DNA from: a virus
Lineage: Duplodnaviria; Caudoviricetes
IMG/VR virus record: IMGVR_UViG_3300045284_000147
Coordinates: 1 to 63,784 of that record
DNA: 63,784 bases
Direction: 5' to 3' (one strand)
Of this stretch, positions 8,561-18,603 are shown piece after piece (position 1 is the stretch's first letter; every line of letters begins with the position of its first letter). The position numbers and the translations under genes are program-made. A model generated the notes under the pieces. The model had not been told where the DNA came from. It searched no databases and worked only from the letters and a program-made list of their open reading frames with translations.

Positions 8561-8800
8561 GTGTTCGTTTACATCGAGAGCATCAAGAACCCGGCCGTGC
8601 GGTTCGAGGTGCTGGAGTACGACAAGGAAACCAAGATCGGCAAGCTGCGTGGTGGCTTCGGCACGGTGATCACGCGCGACATCAGCAAGGATGAGCTGGT
8701 GAAGCGTGGCTACAAGATCATCAAGTCGGAGACGCCGCTGTCGCTAACCCCGCCCCCGGTCAAGGGGGAAGCCAAGCCCAAAGTTGAAGTGGAGGAGTGA
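8561..8800 (+). CDS. hypothetical protein
   Basis: RBS AGGAG before GTG 8561. Confidence 0.7.
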   Translation: MFVYIESIKNPAVRFEVLEYDKETKIGKLRGGFGTVITRDISKDELVKRGYKIIKSETPLSLTPPPVKGEAKPKVEVEE

Positions 8801-8898
8801 ACTTCTGACGGGCGCTGCATGGCTGGCCGTATGGTTCGCTCTGTGGCTGCTCGTGCTTTGGGTAATCATGACGTAGTTAACCTAGAAAGGATACACCG

Positions 8899-9453
8899 AT
8901 GCGTAATTTTCTGGCATCAATCCACCCGGTAGGCAGTCACGGCCTGTACATGGTCACGCCGCTGTCGCCTACCGATCCCGGCTACGGTCAACCGGGCTGG
9001 GAGGGTCGTCCCGATCAAGGACTGCCCGGTCACGGTCATCCCGATCAGGGACTGCCCGGCTACGGTCACCCCGATGCCGGTCTGCCGGGCTACGGTCATC
9101 CCGATCAGGGACTGCCCGGCTACGGACACCCCGGCAATCGCCCGCCCGGTAGCTGGGAGGGACGCCCCGAGCAAGGTCTGCCGGGTGGACCGCAGCGTCC
9201 GTCGCAACCCATCGTGATCCCGCCCCCGCCGGGCGTGCCCACGCCACCGATCACGCTGCCGCCAGCTCAACCCGGTCAGGTGTTGCCGCATGGATCGGGC
9301 ATCGTGGTGCCGCTGCCGCAAGGTGTGAACGTGCCGACGCCACAGGAGAACACGCCGCCCGGCCACAAGCCGTACGTGCTGTGGTACGGACCGGGAACGC
9401 AGTCGCAGGTTGTGTTCCTGCCGCCGGGTGGACCCGACGCGCAGCCGAAGTAA
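8899..9453 (+). CDS. Pro/Gly-rich repeat protein
   Basis: RBS AAAGGA; (GHPDQGLPGY)n decapeptide repeats. Confidence 0.8.
   Translation: MRNFLASIHPVGSHGLYMVTPLSPTDPGYGQPGWEGRPDQGLPGHGHPDQGLPGYGHPDAGLPGYGHPDQGLPGYGHPGNRPPGSWEGRPEQGLPGGPQRPSQPIVIPPPPGVPTPPITLPPAQPGQVLPHGSGIVVPLPQGVNVPTPQENTPPGHKPYVLWYGPGTQSQVVFLPPGGPDAQPK
9004..9132 (+). repeat. 30-bp tandem repeat, about 4.3 copies (coding)
   Basis: Variants of GGTCATCCCGATCAGGGACTGCCCGGCTAC. Confidence 0.9.
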
Positions 9454-9468
9454 TCCGAGGAGGATGAC

Positions 9469-9759
9469 ATGCCCAGCTCACCGAACTACGTACGTGACAT
9501 TGCACAGGAAACGCGCACTGCCAAACGGCGTGGCGAGGTGGGCGGGCACAACGCTCCGCATGCGATACGCATGCGTGCGCGTCGGCTGCTGATGAAGAAG
9601 GGGCTGGTGAAGCCGAACGATCACAAGGACGTGGACCACAAGGTCCCGCTGTCGAAGGGTGGCAGTGGCACGGCGGCGTCTAACCTGCGCGTGGTTACCG
9701 ACAACAACAATCGTTCGTTCCCGCGCACCAAGAAGGGCGCGTTGAAAAGGAACACGTGA
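9469..9759 (+). CDS. HNH endonuclease
   Basis: DVDHKVPLSKGG...SNLRVV...NNR. Confidence 0.85.
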   Translation: MPSSPNYVRDIAQETRTAKRRGEVGGHNAPHAIRMRARRLLMKKGLVKPNDHKDVDHKVPLSKGGSGTAASNLRVVTDNNNRSFPRTKKGALKRNT

Positions 9760-9914
9760 TGCCGAAGGTTCTGGAGAAGCTGAAGGACAAGCTCGTGGCA
9801 CGAGGGATGCCGAAGTCCAATGCGTACGCAGTGGCAACGTCGGCGCTGCAGAAGCAGGGCAAGATGAAGCGCGACTCGCAGGAGTTAACCAAGAAGGGTA
9901 AGGGGGCGAAGTGA
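9759..9914 (+). CDS. small basic protein (51 aa, MPKVLEKLKDKL...)
   Basis: TGATG coupling; translated by hand. Confidence 0.6.
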   Translation: MPKVLEKLKDKLVARGMPKSNAYAVATSALQKQGKMKRDSQELTKKGKGAK

Positions 9915-10234
9915 ACGGATATGGGTTTACCGAGAAACAGGCAGTAAAATTCAATAGCTGCAATGCTGTCATCTGTCCTGCATGCGGTGCTGCAGAAACT
10001 CACCAGAGCAGGGTTACTGTTTACGACCGGGGTGAGGATGGACAGGTGGTGACCATGACGATAGTGGGTTCTGGTTTGCAATCCACCAGAGTTCCCAACA
10101 GCGTTGTAGACAACCCCAGTCCCCGCCGTCATGGATTGCGAATCGCGATGACTTGCGAACAATGCGACGACTGTCCTCCCTTGGTTGTGTATCAACACAA
10201 AGGGTTTACCGTAGTAGAGTGGGATGTTAGATGA
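9911..10234 (+). CDS. Zn-finger-like hypothetical protein
   Basis: CPAC...CEQC; lower GC than its neighbours. Confidence 0.65.
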   Translation: MNGYGFTEKQAVKFNSCNAVICPACGAAETHQSRVTVYDRGEDGQVVTMTIVGSGLQSTRVPNSVVDNPSPRRHGLRIAMTCEQCDDCPPLVVYQHKGFTVVEWDVR

Positions 10235-10926
10235 GACCGTTGCCTTGGTCGCACTCTGCACTATCGGACTTCAACAACTGCCCTAAAGCGTTCTACGAGA
10301 AGCGCGTTGCGAAGTCGGTAGTCGATCCCCCCAACCTAGCGGGGCAATGGGGAGACTACGTGCACAAGGCGTTCGAGAGTTACCTGCGCAGGTGTACACC
10401 ACGCGAACTCTGCAAGGACATCCCGCTGCCGCCCGACCTTGAGGAGTATCGGGGGTATCTGGAGTCGATCAACCGACTGCCCGGCAACATGCTGGCCGAG
10501 CAGAAGTATGCAATCAACACGCAGATGCAGCCGTGCGCGTTCATGGCTCCCGACGTGTGGTGCCGCAGCATCCTCGACGTGCTGATCATCGACGGTCAAT
10601 CCGCGAGGGTGATAGATCACAAGACCGGGCGGCGTAAGTTCGACACCCGGCAGCTCAAGCTCAATGCGCTGATGGTGTTCATCCACCACCCCGACGTGAT
10701 GGTGGTGCGCACCGGGTTCATGTGGCTGAAGGACAAGCTGTTCGATACCGAAGACTACGTACGCGCGAACGAGGCAACCCTGTGGGGTGAGTTCATGCCC
10801 GACTTGGTTCGCTACAAGACGGCGTTCAAGCAGGAGATGTTCGTGCCCCGGCAGAGCGGCTTGTGCAATGGTTGGTGCCCGGTCACGTCGTGCGAATTCT
10901 GGAAGCCGAAGAAGGCTGGTAGGTAA
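10231..10926 (+). CDS. PD-(D/E)xK (Cas4/RecB-like) exonuclease
   Basis: WSHS..FNNCP, GDYVH, LD..IDHKTG, QL, C-terminal CxxC..C cluster. Confidence 0.88.
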   Translation: MRPLPWSHSALSDFNNCPKAFYEKRVAKSVVDPPNLAGQWGDYVHKAFESYLRRCTPRELCKDIPLPPDLEEYRGYLESINRLPGNMLAEQKYAINTQMQPCAFMAPDVWCRSILDVLIIDGQSARVIDHKTGRRKFDTRQLKLNALMVFIHHPDVMVVRTGFMWLKDKLFDTEDYVRANEATLWGEFMPDLVRYKTAFKQEMFVPRQSGLCNGWCPVTSCEFWKPKKAGR

Positions 10927-11029
10927 GCAGTAAGTAGTTGATGTTCAAGTTGGACACCCGATAAGGGTGAGCCGCTGCATGGGAGAGACGATGAGTGTCT
11001 GGACAATATGGGGAATGAACGGAGGACCG

Positions 11030-11275
11030 ATGAGCGTACCTGAAGGTGAAGCAGCAGCAGCTTGCGCGATGCTGCGTAGCAAGGAGAAGATCAACCGCGA
11101 CTACCTCGCCGTGCTGATCGAAGCCCAGCAGGGTGAGATCAGTCGGCTGCGGCAAGTCATCCGCTGCGCCGACTACTTCGTCACTGCCGGGCAAGACTCG
11201 CGTTACGACGAGGCACGCAAGGCACTGGTGAATTTCGACAAGGAGAATTCATGTCAACCCCCGAAGGTAAAGTGA
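11030..11275 (+). CDS. hypothetical protein (alternative start 10991)
   Basis: RBS GGAGG. Confidence 0.6.
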   Translation: MSVPEGEAAAACAMLRSKEKINRDYLAVLIEAQQGEISRLRQVIRCADYFVTAGQDSRYDEARKALVNFDKENSCQPPKVK

Positions 11276-11589
11276 AGGAGCAGGTGAAGCGGGTGCTCGA
11301 CCAGTTCCGTCCGTACGTGTACGGTCACTGGATTGTGCAGAACGGGATGGGTACACCGACGCTCGACTATATCGGCTGCTGCTGTGGCCTGTACTTCACC
11401 ATCGAGACCAAGGCCGAGGGTCAACACCTGACGCCACGGCAGGAGCACACCGCGCTGTCAACCACAGAGGCTGACGGCACGGTGTTCGCCATCATTGGAA
11501 AGGAAGACTTCGAGCTGCTGGAGCTGGAAGCATGGCTGTACCAGCAGCTCGCGGATCGCGGCTACGTGGAGATCGAACGTGCACATTGA
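11251..11589 (+). CDS. VRR-NUC domain nuclease
   Basis: TPEGKVK...GTPTLDYIGC...IETKA...LTPRQ. Confidence 0.85.
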   Translation: MSTPEGKVKEQVKRVLDQFRPYVYGHWIVQNGMGTPTLDYIGCCCGLYFTIETKAEGQHLTPRQEHTALSTTEADGTVFAIIGKEDFELLELEAWLYQQLADRGYVEIERAH

Positions 11590-13132
11590 CAGTACGCACG
11601 GCCGGGTGTTCCTGAAGGCACGGAACCCGGCCATCATCCAGAAGTGCTTACCCGGCGTGGTTGAGACGGTGAACTGGCGGGGTCACAACCTTGCCATCGA
11701 CCACACGCTGGAGAGCACCAAGGTGCTGCGCAATCTCGGCATCAGTGTGCCTTCGCCCATTCGCTACAAGTACAACTGGCCGGGTAGATACGTACCGTTC
11801 AACCACCAGATCGACACGTCGGAGTTCCTGACGCTGCACCGCAAGTGCTTCGTGCTGAGCGAGATGGGCACGGCCAAGTCGGCGAGCGCGCTGTGGGCTG
11901 CGGACTACCTGATGCTTGAGCAGCAGGTGCACAAGGTGATCGTCGTCGCGCCGTTGTCCACGTTGGAGCGTGTATGGCTGGAGGAAATCTTCAACGTGAT
12001 CATGCACCGCACGGCGGTGATCCTGCACGGCACGGCCGAGCGCAGGCTGGAGCTGCTCGATACCGATGCCACGTTCTACATTATCAACTACGAAGGCTTA
12101 GACATCATCCGCCCGGCGCTGGCCAAGCGCGACGACATCGACCTGATGATCATCGATGAGGCAGCGGCATATCGCAACGGCAGCAACCAACGCTACAAGG
12201 TACTGGAGCAGTGCATCCAGCCGAAGCAACGCCTGTGGTTGATGACCGGCACGCCGTGCCCGAACGCGCCGACCGATGCGTGGGCGCTCGCCCGGCTGAT
12301 CGACAAGACCAAGGTGCCGATGTACTTCACATCGTGGAAGCGGCAGACGATGCAGCAGGTATCGACGTACAAGTGGCGCACGCGCCCCGGCTCCAACGAC
12401 ATGGTGTACAACGTGCTGCAACCCGCGATCCGCTTCGCCAAGAAAGATTGCCTCGATCTGCCGCCGGTCACCTACGAATCCCGGCAGGTTGAGATCACAC
12501 CGGAGCAGATGAAGGCGTTCCGGCGCATGCAGCAGTTCATGGTGGCCGAGGCGTCGGGTCACCAGATCGATGCGGTGAACGCGGCCGACAAGATCAACAA
12601 GCTGCGGCAGATTCTGCTGGGCGTGGTGAAGGACCCCGAGACCGGCGAGTACGTGCCGCTGCCCTACAAGCCACGGCTCAACGTACTGCTGGAGTGCATC
12701 GAGCAGGCCAGTGCCAAGGTGATCGTGGTGGTGCCGTTCAAGGGCATCATCCAATCACTCTATGAGAACGTATCAAAGAAGTACACGACGGAGATCGTGA
12801 ACGGCGACGTACCCCCGGCCCGGCGCAACAAAATCTTCACCCGGTTCAAGACGGAGACCCATCCGCACACGCTTCTGTGCCACCCGCAAGTGATGGCGCA
12901 CGGCCTGAACTTGACCGAGGCCGACACGCTGATCTTCTACGGCCCGATCTACAGCAACGACCAGAGTCAGCAGGTGATGGAGCGCATCAACCGGCCGGGC
13001 CAGACGCGGCCGATGACCATCATCCGCATGGGGGGCAACGCACTGGAGTGGGACATCTATCATCTCGTGGAGGATCGAAAACTATCGCAGCAGACAATCT
13101 TGGATTTGTACCTGAAGGTATTGCAATCCTGA
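11579..13132 (+). CDS. SNF2-family (SF2) helicase
   Basis: EMGTAKS, IIDE, MTGTP, HGLNLT, ERINRPGQ. Confidence 0.92.
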   Translation: MHIDSTHGRVFLKARNPAIIQKCLPGVVETVNWRGHNLAIDHTLESTKVLRNLGISVPSPIRYKYNWPGRYVPFNHQIDTSEFLTLHRKCFVLSEMGTAKSASALWAADYLMLEQQVHKVIVVAPLSTLERVWLEEIFNVIMHRTAVILHGTAERRLELLDTDATFYIINYEGLDIIRPALAKRDDIDLMIIDEAAAYRNGSNQRYKVLEQCIQPKQRLWLMTGTPCPNAPTDAWALARLIDKTKVPMYFTSWKRQTMQQVSTYKWRTRPGSNDMVYNVLQPAIRFAKKDCLDLPPVTYESRQVEITPEQMKAFRRMQQFMVAEASGHQIDAVNAADKINKLRQILLGVVKDPETGEYVPLPYKPRLNVLLECIEQASAKVIVVVPFKGIIQSLYENVSKKYTTEIVNGDVPPARRNKIFTRFKTETHPHTLLCHPQVMAHGLNLTEADTLIFYGPIYSNDQSQQVMERINRPGQTRPMTIIRMGGNALEWDIYHLVEDRKLSQQTILDLYLKVLQS

Positions 13133-13149
13133 AATAGAACGAGTACGCT
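13121..13149 (+). promoter_or_regulatory. sigma70-like promoter
   Basis: TTGCAA-N17-TACGCT upstream of RBS AGGAGA. Confidence 0.5.
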
Positions 13150-13172
13150 TTCGTACACAATAGGAGAACCAG

Positions 13173-13601
13173 ATGGGCACACCCGAAGGACCCGACACGG
13201 ACAAGCTCGTTCGCATCTTCCTCAAGATGCGCAACGCACGAGCCGTGCTAAGCAAGACGTATACCGAGCAGGATGAGGAACTCAAGACCAACATGAAGAC
13301 CGTCGAGATCGAGCTGCTGCGCCGTGCGCAGGAGCAAGGTGTCGAAGGGTTCAAGACGAAGGACGGCACGACGTACATCGCCGAGGAGGTGCACGCATCC
13401 ATCGAGGATTACGACACGTTCACCACGTTCTTGGAAGAACCCGAGTGCGAGGACCCGTACGCATTCTACGAGCAACGTCCCTCGCTCAAGCGCATCAAGG
13501 AATACCAAGCGGATCACGACGGCGCTGCGCCGCCGGGCATCCGCTTGTTCCGCGAGAACCGCATGCGTGTGCGTGCATCCAAGAATGGGGAGGACAAGTG
13601 A
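13173..13601 (+). CDS. hypothetical protein of the replication module (coiled coil)
   Basis: RBS AGGAGA; lies between helicase and exonuclease/SSB. Confidence 0.8.
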   Translation: MGTPEGPDTDKLVRIFLKMRNARAVLSKTYTEQDEELKTNMKTVEIELLRRAQEQGVEGFKTKDGTTYIAEEVHASIEDYDTFTTFLEEPECEDPYAFYEQRPSLKRIKEYQADHDGAAPPGIRLFRENRMRVRASKNGEDK

Positions 13602-14155
13602 GTATCGAAGTGATGGTTGATCTGGAGACGATGAGCACGAACAGCCATGCATCCATCGTCTCAATCGGTGCGGTTAAGTTCGATCCGCACGGCAAGGTGG
13701 GCGTGCTGGGTGACCCCAGCAATTCCGAGTACAAGCCGTTCTTCTGCACCGTCGATCTGGTGAGCTGTATCGACGCCGGGATGCACGTGTCGGGGCAGAC
13801 GGTCATGTGGTGGCTGGAACAGGAGAAGGCCGCACAGACATCCTTGAAGGGTGAGCCGCACTGGCCCATCGAGAAAGCTCTCGGTGAGTTCTGGATTTGG
13901 TTCGGTGGTACGTCGGTACCGACGTGGGGAAACGGTGCTGACTTCGATTGCGTGGTGCTGAACAATGCGTACGAGAGACTGCACGGCGCAGCACCATTCA
14001 CCTACCACCACCGTCGTTGCTTTCGTACCATGAAGGCGTTGTTCCCTGATGTGACCTACGTGAAGCCGGTGCTGGCACACCACGCACTGAGCGATGCGGA
14101 AGCGCAGGCAGTGCATTTGCAGAAGCTGTTCAATTTCATCAACCAGAAGGGGTAA
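13598..14155 (+). CDS. DEDDh 3'-5' exonuclease
   Basis: MVDLETM, WGNGADFD, HHALSDA. Confidence 0.88.
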   Translation: MSIEVMVDLETMSTNSHASIVSIGAVKFDPHGKVGVLGDPSNSEYKPFFCTVDLVSCIDAGMHVSGQTVMWWLEQEKAAQTSLKGEPHWPIEKALGEFWIWFGGTSVPTWGNGADFDCVVLNNAYERLHGAAPFTYHHRRCFRTMKALFPDVTYVKPVLAHHALSDAEAQAVHLQKLFNFINQKG

Positions 14156-14159
14156 CAAA

Positions 14160-15266
14160 ATGGCAGGCAGTCAGGTCGTACCATTCAACGCAACCAAGGA
14201 ACTCCCGGCGCACATCGCGAAGTTCGTGGAGACGGAATCGAACATCGATCCGCGCAACACGATCCCGCAGTTGTCGTTTCGGGGCAAGGTCTGGCGCACC
14301 GTGATCGACGGTGAAGAGAAGCCGCTGCTCAACAAGGACGACGAGCCGGTGTCCACCGTGCACGTGGTCATCCTCGATCACAACAAGGCGCGCTCCCGTG
14401 CGTTCTACGAGGGTGCGTACGAGGAAGGCAAGTCGCAACCGCCTGCGTGCTGGTCGAGCGACGGCGACACGCCGGACGAAACCGTGCCGCACCCGGTGGC
14501 CGAGACGTGCGCGAAGTGTCCCAACTCCGTGAAGGGCAGCAAGATCACCCCGAACGGGAAAGAGACGACGGCGTGCTCGACGTTCAAGCGTCTGGCCATC
14601 ATCCCCTTATCCGACTTGGGTGAGGAGCAAGTGCCGCCGCTGCTGCTGCGTCTCGCGCAGACCTCGATGTGGGACAAGAACAACGAGGAGAACGAGGCCA
14701 AGGGCTACTACGCGTGGGACCAGTACCTCGACATGCTGCGCAAGCGTGGGGCCACCCACACCGGCATCGTGGCGACGAAGATCAGGTTCGACTCGCGCGT
14801 GGCGTATCCGAAGCTGTTGTTCGCTGCGTCCCGGTTCCTCGCCGACGAGGAGCTGGAGATCGTCAAGCCGCTGTTCAAGGACGAGCGCATCGGTGCGTTG
14901 CTGCGTGCACCGGAGGTTGCGGTGGCGGCGCGCAACACGGGCAAGTCAACCGAAGCGGATGACGAGACACCGGCACCCGCGACGGCACCGACCGGGGACT
15001 ACGACGACGAGACACCGGCACCGGCACCGAAGGGCAAGGCGAAGGCCGCGCCCCCACCGGCCGACGATGACGAGGAAGCGCCGCCGCCCCCGGCAGTAGC
15101 GAAGGGCAAGGGCAAGGCGAAGGCTGCGCCCGCACCCGCCGCAGCCGCACCGGCCGAAGATGAGCCGCCCCCGGTCGCAGCGAAGGGCAAGGGCAAGCCT
15201 GCAGCCAAGGGCAACGGCAAGGGTGCGGGTCTCGGCGATCTCGTGGACGAGTGGGACGAAGTGTAA
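14160..15266 (+). CDS. putative ssDNA-binding protein
   Basis: PPACWSSDG..CAKCP..KGS core, Pro/Ala/Lys linker, acidic aromatic tail DLVDEWDEV. Confidence 0.65.
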   Translation: MAGSQVVPFNATKELPAHIAKFVETESNIDPRNTIPQLSFRGKVWRTVIDGEEKPLLNKDDEPVSTVHVVILDHNKARSRAFYEGAYEEGKSQPPACWSSDGDTPDETVPHPVAETCAKCPNSVKGSKITPNGKETTACSTFKRLAIIPLSDLGEEQVPPLLLRLAQTSMWDKNNEENEAKGYYAWDQYLDMLRKRGATHTGIVATKIRFDSRVAYPKLLFAASRFLADEELEIVKPLFKDERIGALLRAPEVAVAARNTGKSTEADDETPAPATAPTGDYDDETPAPAPKGKAKAAPPPADDDEEAPPPPAVAKGKGKAKAAPAPAAAAPAEDEPPPVAAKGKGKPAAKGNGKGAGLGDLVDEWDEV

Positions 15267-15290
15267 CGGCACGACGCTACATGACTCAAC

Positions 15291-15324
15291 GCGGGGGGTT
15301 GATCCCCCCCGCTTTTTTCTTTTT
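15291..15324 (+). terminator. rho-independent terminator
   Basis: GCGGGGGG/CCCCCCGC stem followed by a T-rich run. Confidence 0.85.
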
Positions 15325-15334
15325 GGGAGATAGC

Positions 15335-15655
15335 GTGCCACGAGCAATGTCGTTACGAATGCGCAACCACATCAAGTCGCGATCCAGTGCTGACCCACAA
15401 CACCTTGGGGCTAGACTTGGCGCGGCGATGTTGAAGTACAATGTGCCTGCACCGGCACTAGCGGAACACCTACAGGTCTCGCCGGACACGATCTATCGGT
15501 GGTCGTACGAGGACGACGTTCCAGAAGGGCGTCGATACGACGTACGCCTGCTGCTCACGGGGCTGCGGCAAAGACTGCGGGACACATCGTTGGCAGGGAC
15601 GGTGGATGCGCGCACACAGTTATTTCATGAGCTGTTCTCAAACGCGGGGCGTTGA
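15335..15655 (+). CDS. HTH DNA-binding protein
   Basis: ALAEHLQVSPDTIYRW; RBS GGGAGA before GTG. Confidence 0.65.
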   Translation: MPRAMSLRMRNHIKSRSSADPQHLGARLGAAMLKYNVPAPALAEHLQVSPDTIYRWSYEDDVPEGRRYDVRLLLTGLRQRLRDTSLAGTVDARTQLFHELFSNAGR

Positions 15656-18540
15656 TGATTGCGCGAGACTTTCTTTTGTCGGTCTTACCCGACGAAGGAT
15701 TCCTGATCGTCGCCACACCACGACCAACAGCAGACGGAAAAAGAACGTGGTGGGAAAATTCAGTAGTCAGTACCGTGGACGAAATGCTGGCACAGGCCAC
15801 GGCGTGGGTGTACGACGGGCGCGACGTGTACTACGCGCTTGCCTCGTACGAAAAAGACAAGGTGTGGAATGCGGAGAAGGTCAACCGGCGCACCGGGCAG
15901 AAGGGTGGGTGGGAGCGGCGCACGCAGGCTAACGTCAAGCTGATCCGTTCGCTGTTCATCGATCTCGATGTCAAGCCCGGCAAGGAAGGCAACTACCAGT
16001 CGCAAGCCGAGGCACTCATCGCGCTCCGCACGTTCCGGCGCGAAGTCAATCTGCCTAAACCTGCACTGGTTAGTTCCGGCTTCGGCATTCATGCCTACTG
16101 GAAGTTCGCTACTGCGGTGTCACGTGACACGTGGCAGGCGGTAGCCGAAAAGCTCAAGTCCTGCGCCATCCACTGCGGGCTGCTCGCCGACTTCGGTGTC
16201 ACCACCGACGCTGCGCGCGTGCTGCGCCCGCCGGGCGCGTTCAACTTCAAGCACCCCCCGGCCCGGCCGGTGGAGCTGAAGACCGACGCCGGGCCGTACG
16301 CGCTGGCCGATCTGGACATCGCACTCTCCCAGTACGTCTCTCATAACAACGTACCAACAACGCCAGCGAGGGCGTACAAAGCGCCCGGTGCTCCGCAGGT
16401 AGCTCTCGATGGGATCGAGGGCAACATTGGAGCCAGCAACAACCCGCTCGTGCCTGATGTGCTGCTCTACGAGTGCAACTTCTTCGCCGGGCAGGTGGCC
16501 CGCCGGGGAGCCGGGGCCAAGGAACCGCAGTGGTACCACGCCATCGGGCTGGCCAAGTTCTGCGAGCCGCAGCGTGACGCGCTGCTCGCGGTAAGCGACG
16601 GGCACGCTGGTTTCAGCGAAGCCGGGCTGACCGAGAAGGTATCGAACTGGACGCACGGTCCTCCCACGTGCGCCAAAATTCAGAAGGAAGACCCCGCCGC
16701 CTGCGCGGGTTGCCCACACTGGTTGAACATCCTCTCTCCTGCCACGGTTGGGCGCAAACTGAACGAGCCGCCACCGTTCACAGTCGGTACGATCTCACCA
16801 GAAGAACAGCAAGAAATCCCCCAGCCCCCTTCTCCATTCGAGCGTACTCCTTACGGTAACGAAACCAAGATCACAATATTCGATGGCGACAACAAGCGAC
16901 AGATTATCTGTCCGTACGATCTGTATCCGATGAATGTACTGCAATCATGCAACGCCGAAAACGAAATTGAAGATGCGAGTATGTGGTCAGTGGTCTTACC
17001 TCGCAAGGATAAGGACTCCGAGGTACGTGTGTTTCGTGTCGAACCAGAGCTGCTGGCTGATCCACGCAAACTGCACGCCAAGCTGATGACGCACGGGCTA
17101 CACGGCTTGCTCGCACGAAACATGAAGATACTGTCCAATTATATGTCCGCATACACTGACAAGTTAGCCAGACAAGTTGAGAATAACCAAACCTACAATC
17201 GCATGGGATGGCACAACGACCACAAGGTGTTCGTGCTGCCCAAGCTGGTGTTCAGCCGCACTGGAGCCGTGCAGAAGCACATCGCGAATTCCCACCTCTA
17301 CATCGTCACACGCAACGCGATCCACTCATCCGGCTCACTTCAGGAGTGGATAGCTCATCAGCACTTCTATAGCGGTGAGCGCAAGGCATTCTTCCGTGCG
17401 TTCGTATTCGCAGCCATCGGCGCTCCGTTGTTCCACATGACCGGGCACAAAGGCATCCTGCTCTCCGCATCCGGCGACACCGGGCGTGGCAAAACGACGC
17501 TGCTTGAAGCATGCGCATCCGTATGGGGTAACCCCGATCTGATGCTGGTAAGCGGCGGTAAGAATGGCACCACGATCAATGCCATGTACTCGATGCTGGG
17601 CAGCACGCACTCACTGCCATTCTTGTGGGATGACACCACCGAACGCGATCCTGCGGAGATGCGTGACTTCATGCTGCAGATATCACAGGGCCGTGGCAAG
17701 GAACGGCTGCGTGGTAATGAACATGATGGGAACGTGGTGACATGGGAAACGATGGTGCTCTCATCAACCAATGCGGATGATGTACATCGACTACTGGCAT
17801 CAGGTAAGGACAGCGATCCACACTTGATGCGAATGATGTCAATTGAGTTCGGTGTCATCGATCAGTCAAGCAAGGCTAAGATCGAAGCGGATAAATTCCG
17901 GCGCGGTATTCGCCAGCACTACGGACATGCTGGGCCGATACTGGCTGACTATTACGTTAAGAATTACGAAGCGATCAAAGCGCGGGTCATTGCCACGATG
18001 GAACGACTGGATCGTGAAGTAAATTTCAAGAGCGAGGAACGCTACGTCTCTGCTGCGATCTCCTGCATGATGGTAGGCGGGCGTATTGCGCACCGGCTTG
18101 GCGTGTATCCGTTCGATCCAGTTGCCGATCTCGACTGGTTCAAGGCGCATGTGTCGAGATCACGCACGATACACAAGCAGGCAGTATCAACCCCAGCGGC
18201 TGTGCTTGATAGTTACCTCAACACATTCATTGGCAACACGTTGATCGTGAATGCCAAGCTCGCACCGAACATCCGAGATGCAGCAGGTGAACCGCGCATC
18301 AGTCTGTTCATTCGTCATGAAGTTGACAATGGCAAAATCTTTATTTCGCGCGATCATTTTCGTATCTACTGCACTGAAGTGAAAGCGAACTACGGAAGCA
18401 TTGAGATTGATCTACGCGGACGCGGTGTCATCACTCGTGCCGACTGCAACAAGGTTCTCGGTGCCGGGACGAAGTGGGCGATGGGACAGACGCGCTGCTG
18501 GGAGATCGACCGCGCCGAGCTGGAGAAGGCGACGGCGTAA
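15655..18540 (+). CDS. primase-helicase (AEP/RepB-like primase, Cys cluster, DUF927-type helicase)
   Basis: FIDLDV, SSGFGIHAYW, DAARVLR, C..CxxC, Walker A GDTGRGKTT, WDD. Confidence 0.9.
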   Translation: MIARDFLLSVLPDEGFLIVATPRPTADGKRTWWENSVVSTVDEMLAQATAWVYDGRDVYYALASYEKDKVWNAEKVNRRTGQKGGWERRTQANVKLIRSLFIDLDVKPGKEGNYQSQAEALIALRTFRREVNLPKPALVSSGFGIHAYWKFATAVSRDTWQAVAEKLKSCAIHCGLLADFGVTTDAARVLRPPGAFNFKHPPARPVELKTDAGPYALADLDIALSQYVSHNNVPTTPARAYKAPGAPQVALDGIEGNIGASNNPLVPDVLLYECNFFAGQVARRGAGAKEPQWYHAIGLAKFCEPQRDALLAVSDGHAGFSEAGLTEKVSNWTHGPPTCAKIQKEDPAACAGCPHWLNILSPATVGRKLNEPPPFTVGTISPEEQQEIPQPPSPFERTPYGNETKITIFDGDNKRQIICPYDLYPMNVLQSCNAENEIEDASMWSVVLPRKDKDSEVRVFRVEPELLADPRKLHAKLMTHGLHGLLARNMKILSNYMSAYTDKLARQVENNQTYNRMGWHNDHKVFVLPKLVFSRTGAVQKHIANSHLYIVTRNAIHSSGSLQEWIAHQHFYSGERKAFFRAFVFAAIGAPLFHMTGHKGILLSASGDTGRGKTTLLEACASVWGNPDLMLVSGGKNGTTINAMYSMLGSTHSLPFLWDDTTERDPAEMRDFMLQISQGRGKERLRGNEHDGNVVTWETMVLSSTNADDVHRLLASGKDSDPHLMRMMSIEFGVIDQSSKAKIEADKFRRGIRQHYGHAGPILADYYVKNYEAIKARVIATMERLDREVNFKSEERYVSAAISCMMVGGRIAHRLGVYPFDPVADLDWFKAHVSRSRTIHKQAVSTPAAVLDSYLNTFIGNTLIVNAKLAPNIRDAAGEPRISLFIRHEVDNGKIFISRDHFRIYCTEVKANYGSIEIDLRGRGVITRADCNKVLGAGTKWAMGQTRCWEIDRAELEKATA

Positions 18541-18572
18541 AAAACCCCCGCGCTCGCGGGGAACGCGGGGGT
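18539..18572 (-). terminator. terminator at the convergence of the two arms
   Basis: ACCCCCGCG/CGCGGGGGT stem with an A-run on its left (U-tail on the minus strand). Confidence 0.75.
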
Positions 18573-18603
18573 GAAAGGCACACCAACGACAGACAGGGTA
18601 CGC

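Noticed and set aside
8784-8876. 30-aa Trp-rich membrane peptide (TTG start)
   Set aside because: Plausibly hydrophobic but has no well-spaced SD; not supportable without expression data.
15286-15302. Further copy of the TCAWCCT-N3-AGGWTGA site (TCAACGC-GGG-GGGTTGA)
   Set aside because: Three mismatches, and it overlaps a terminator stem that already explains the sequence.
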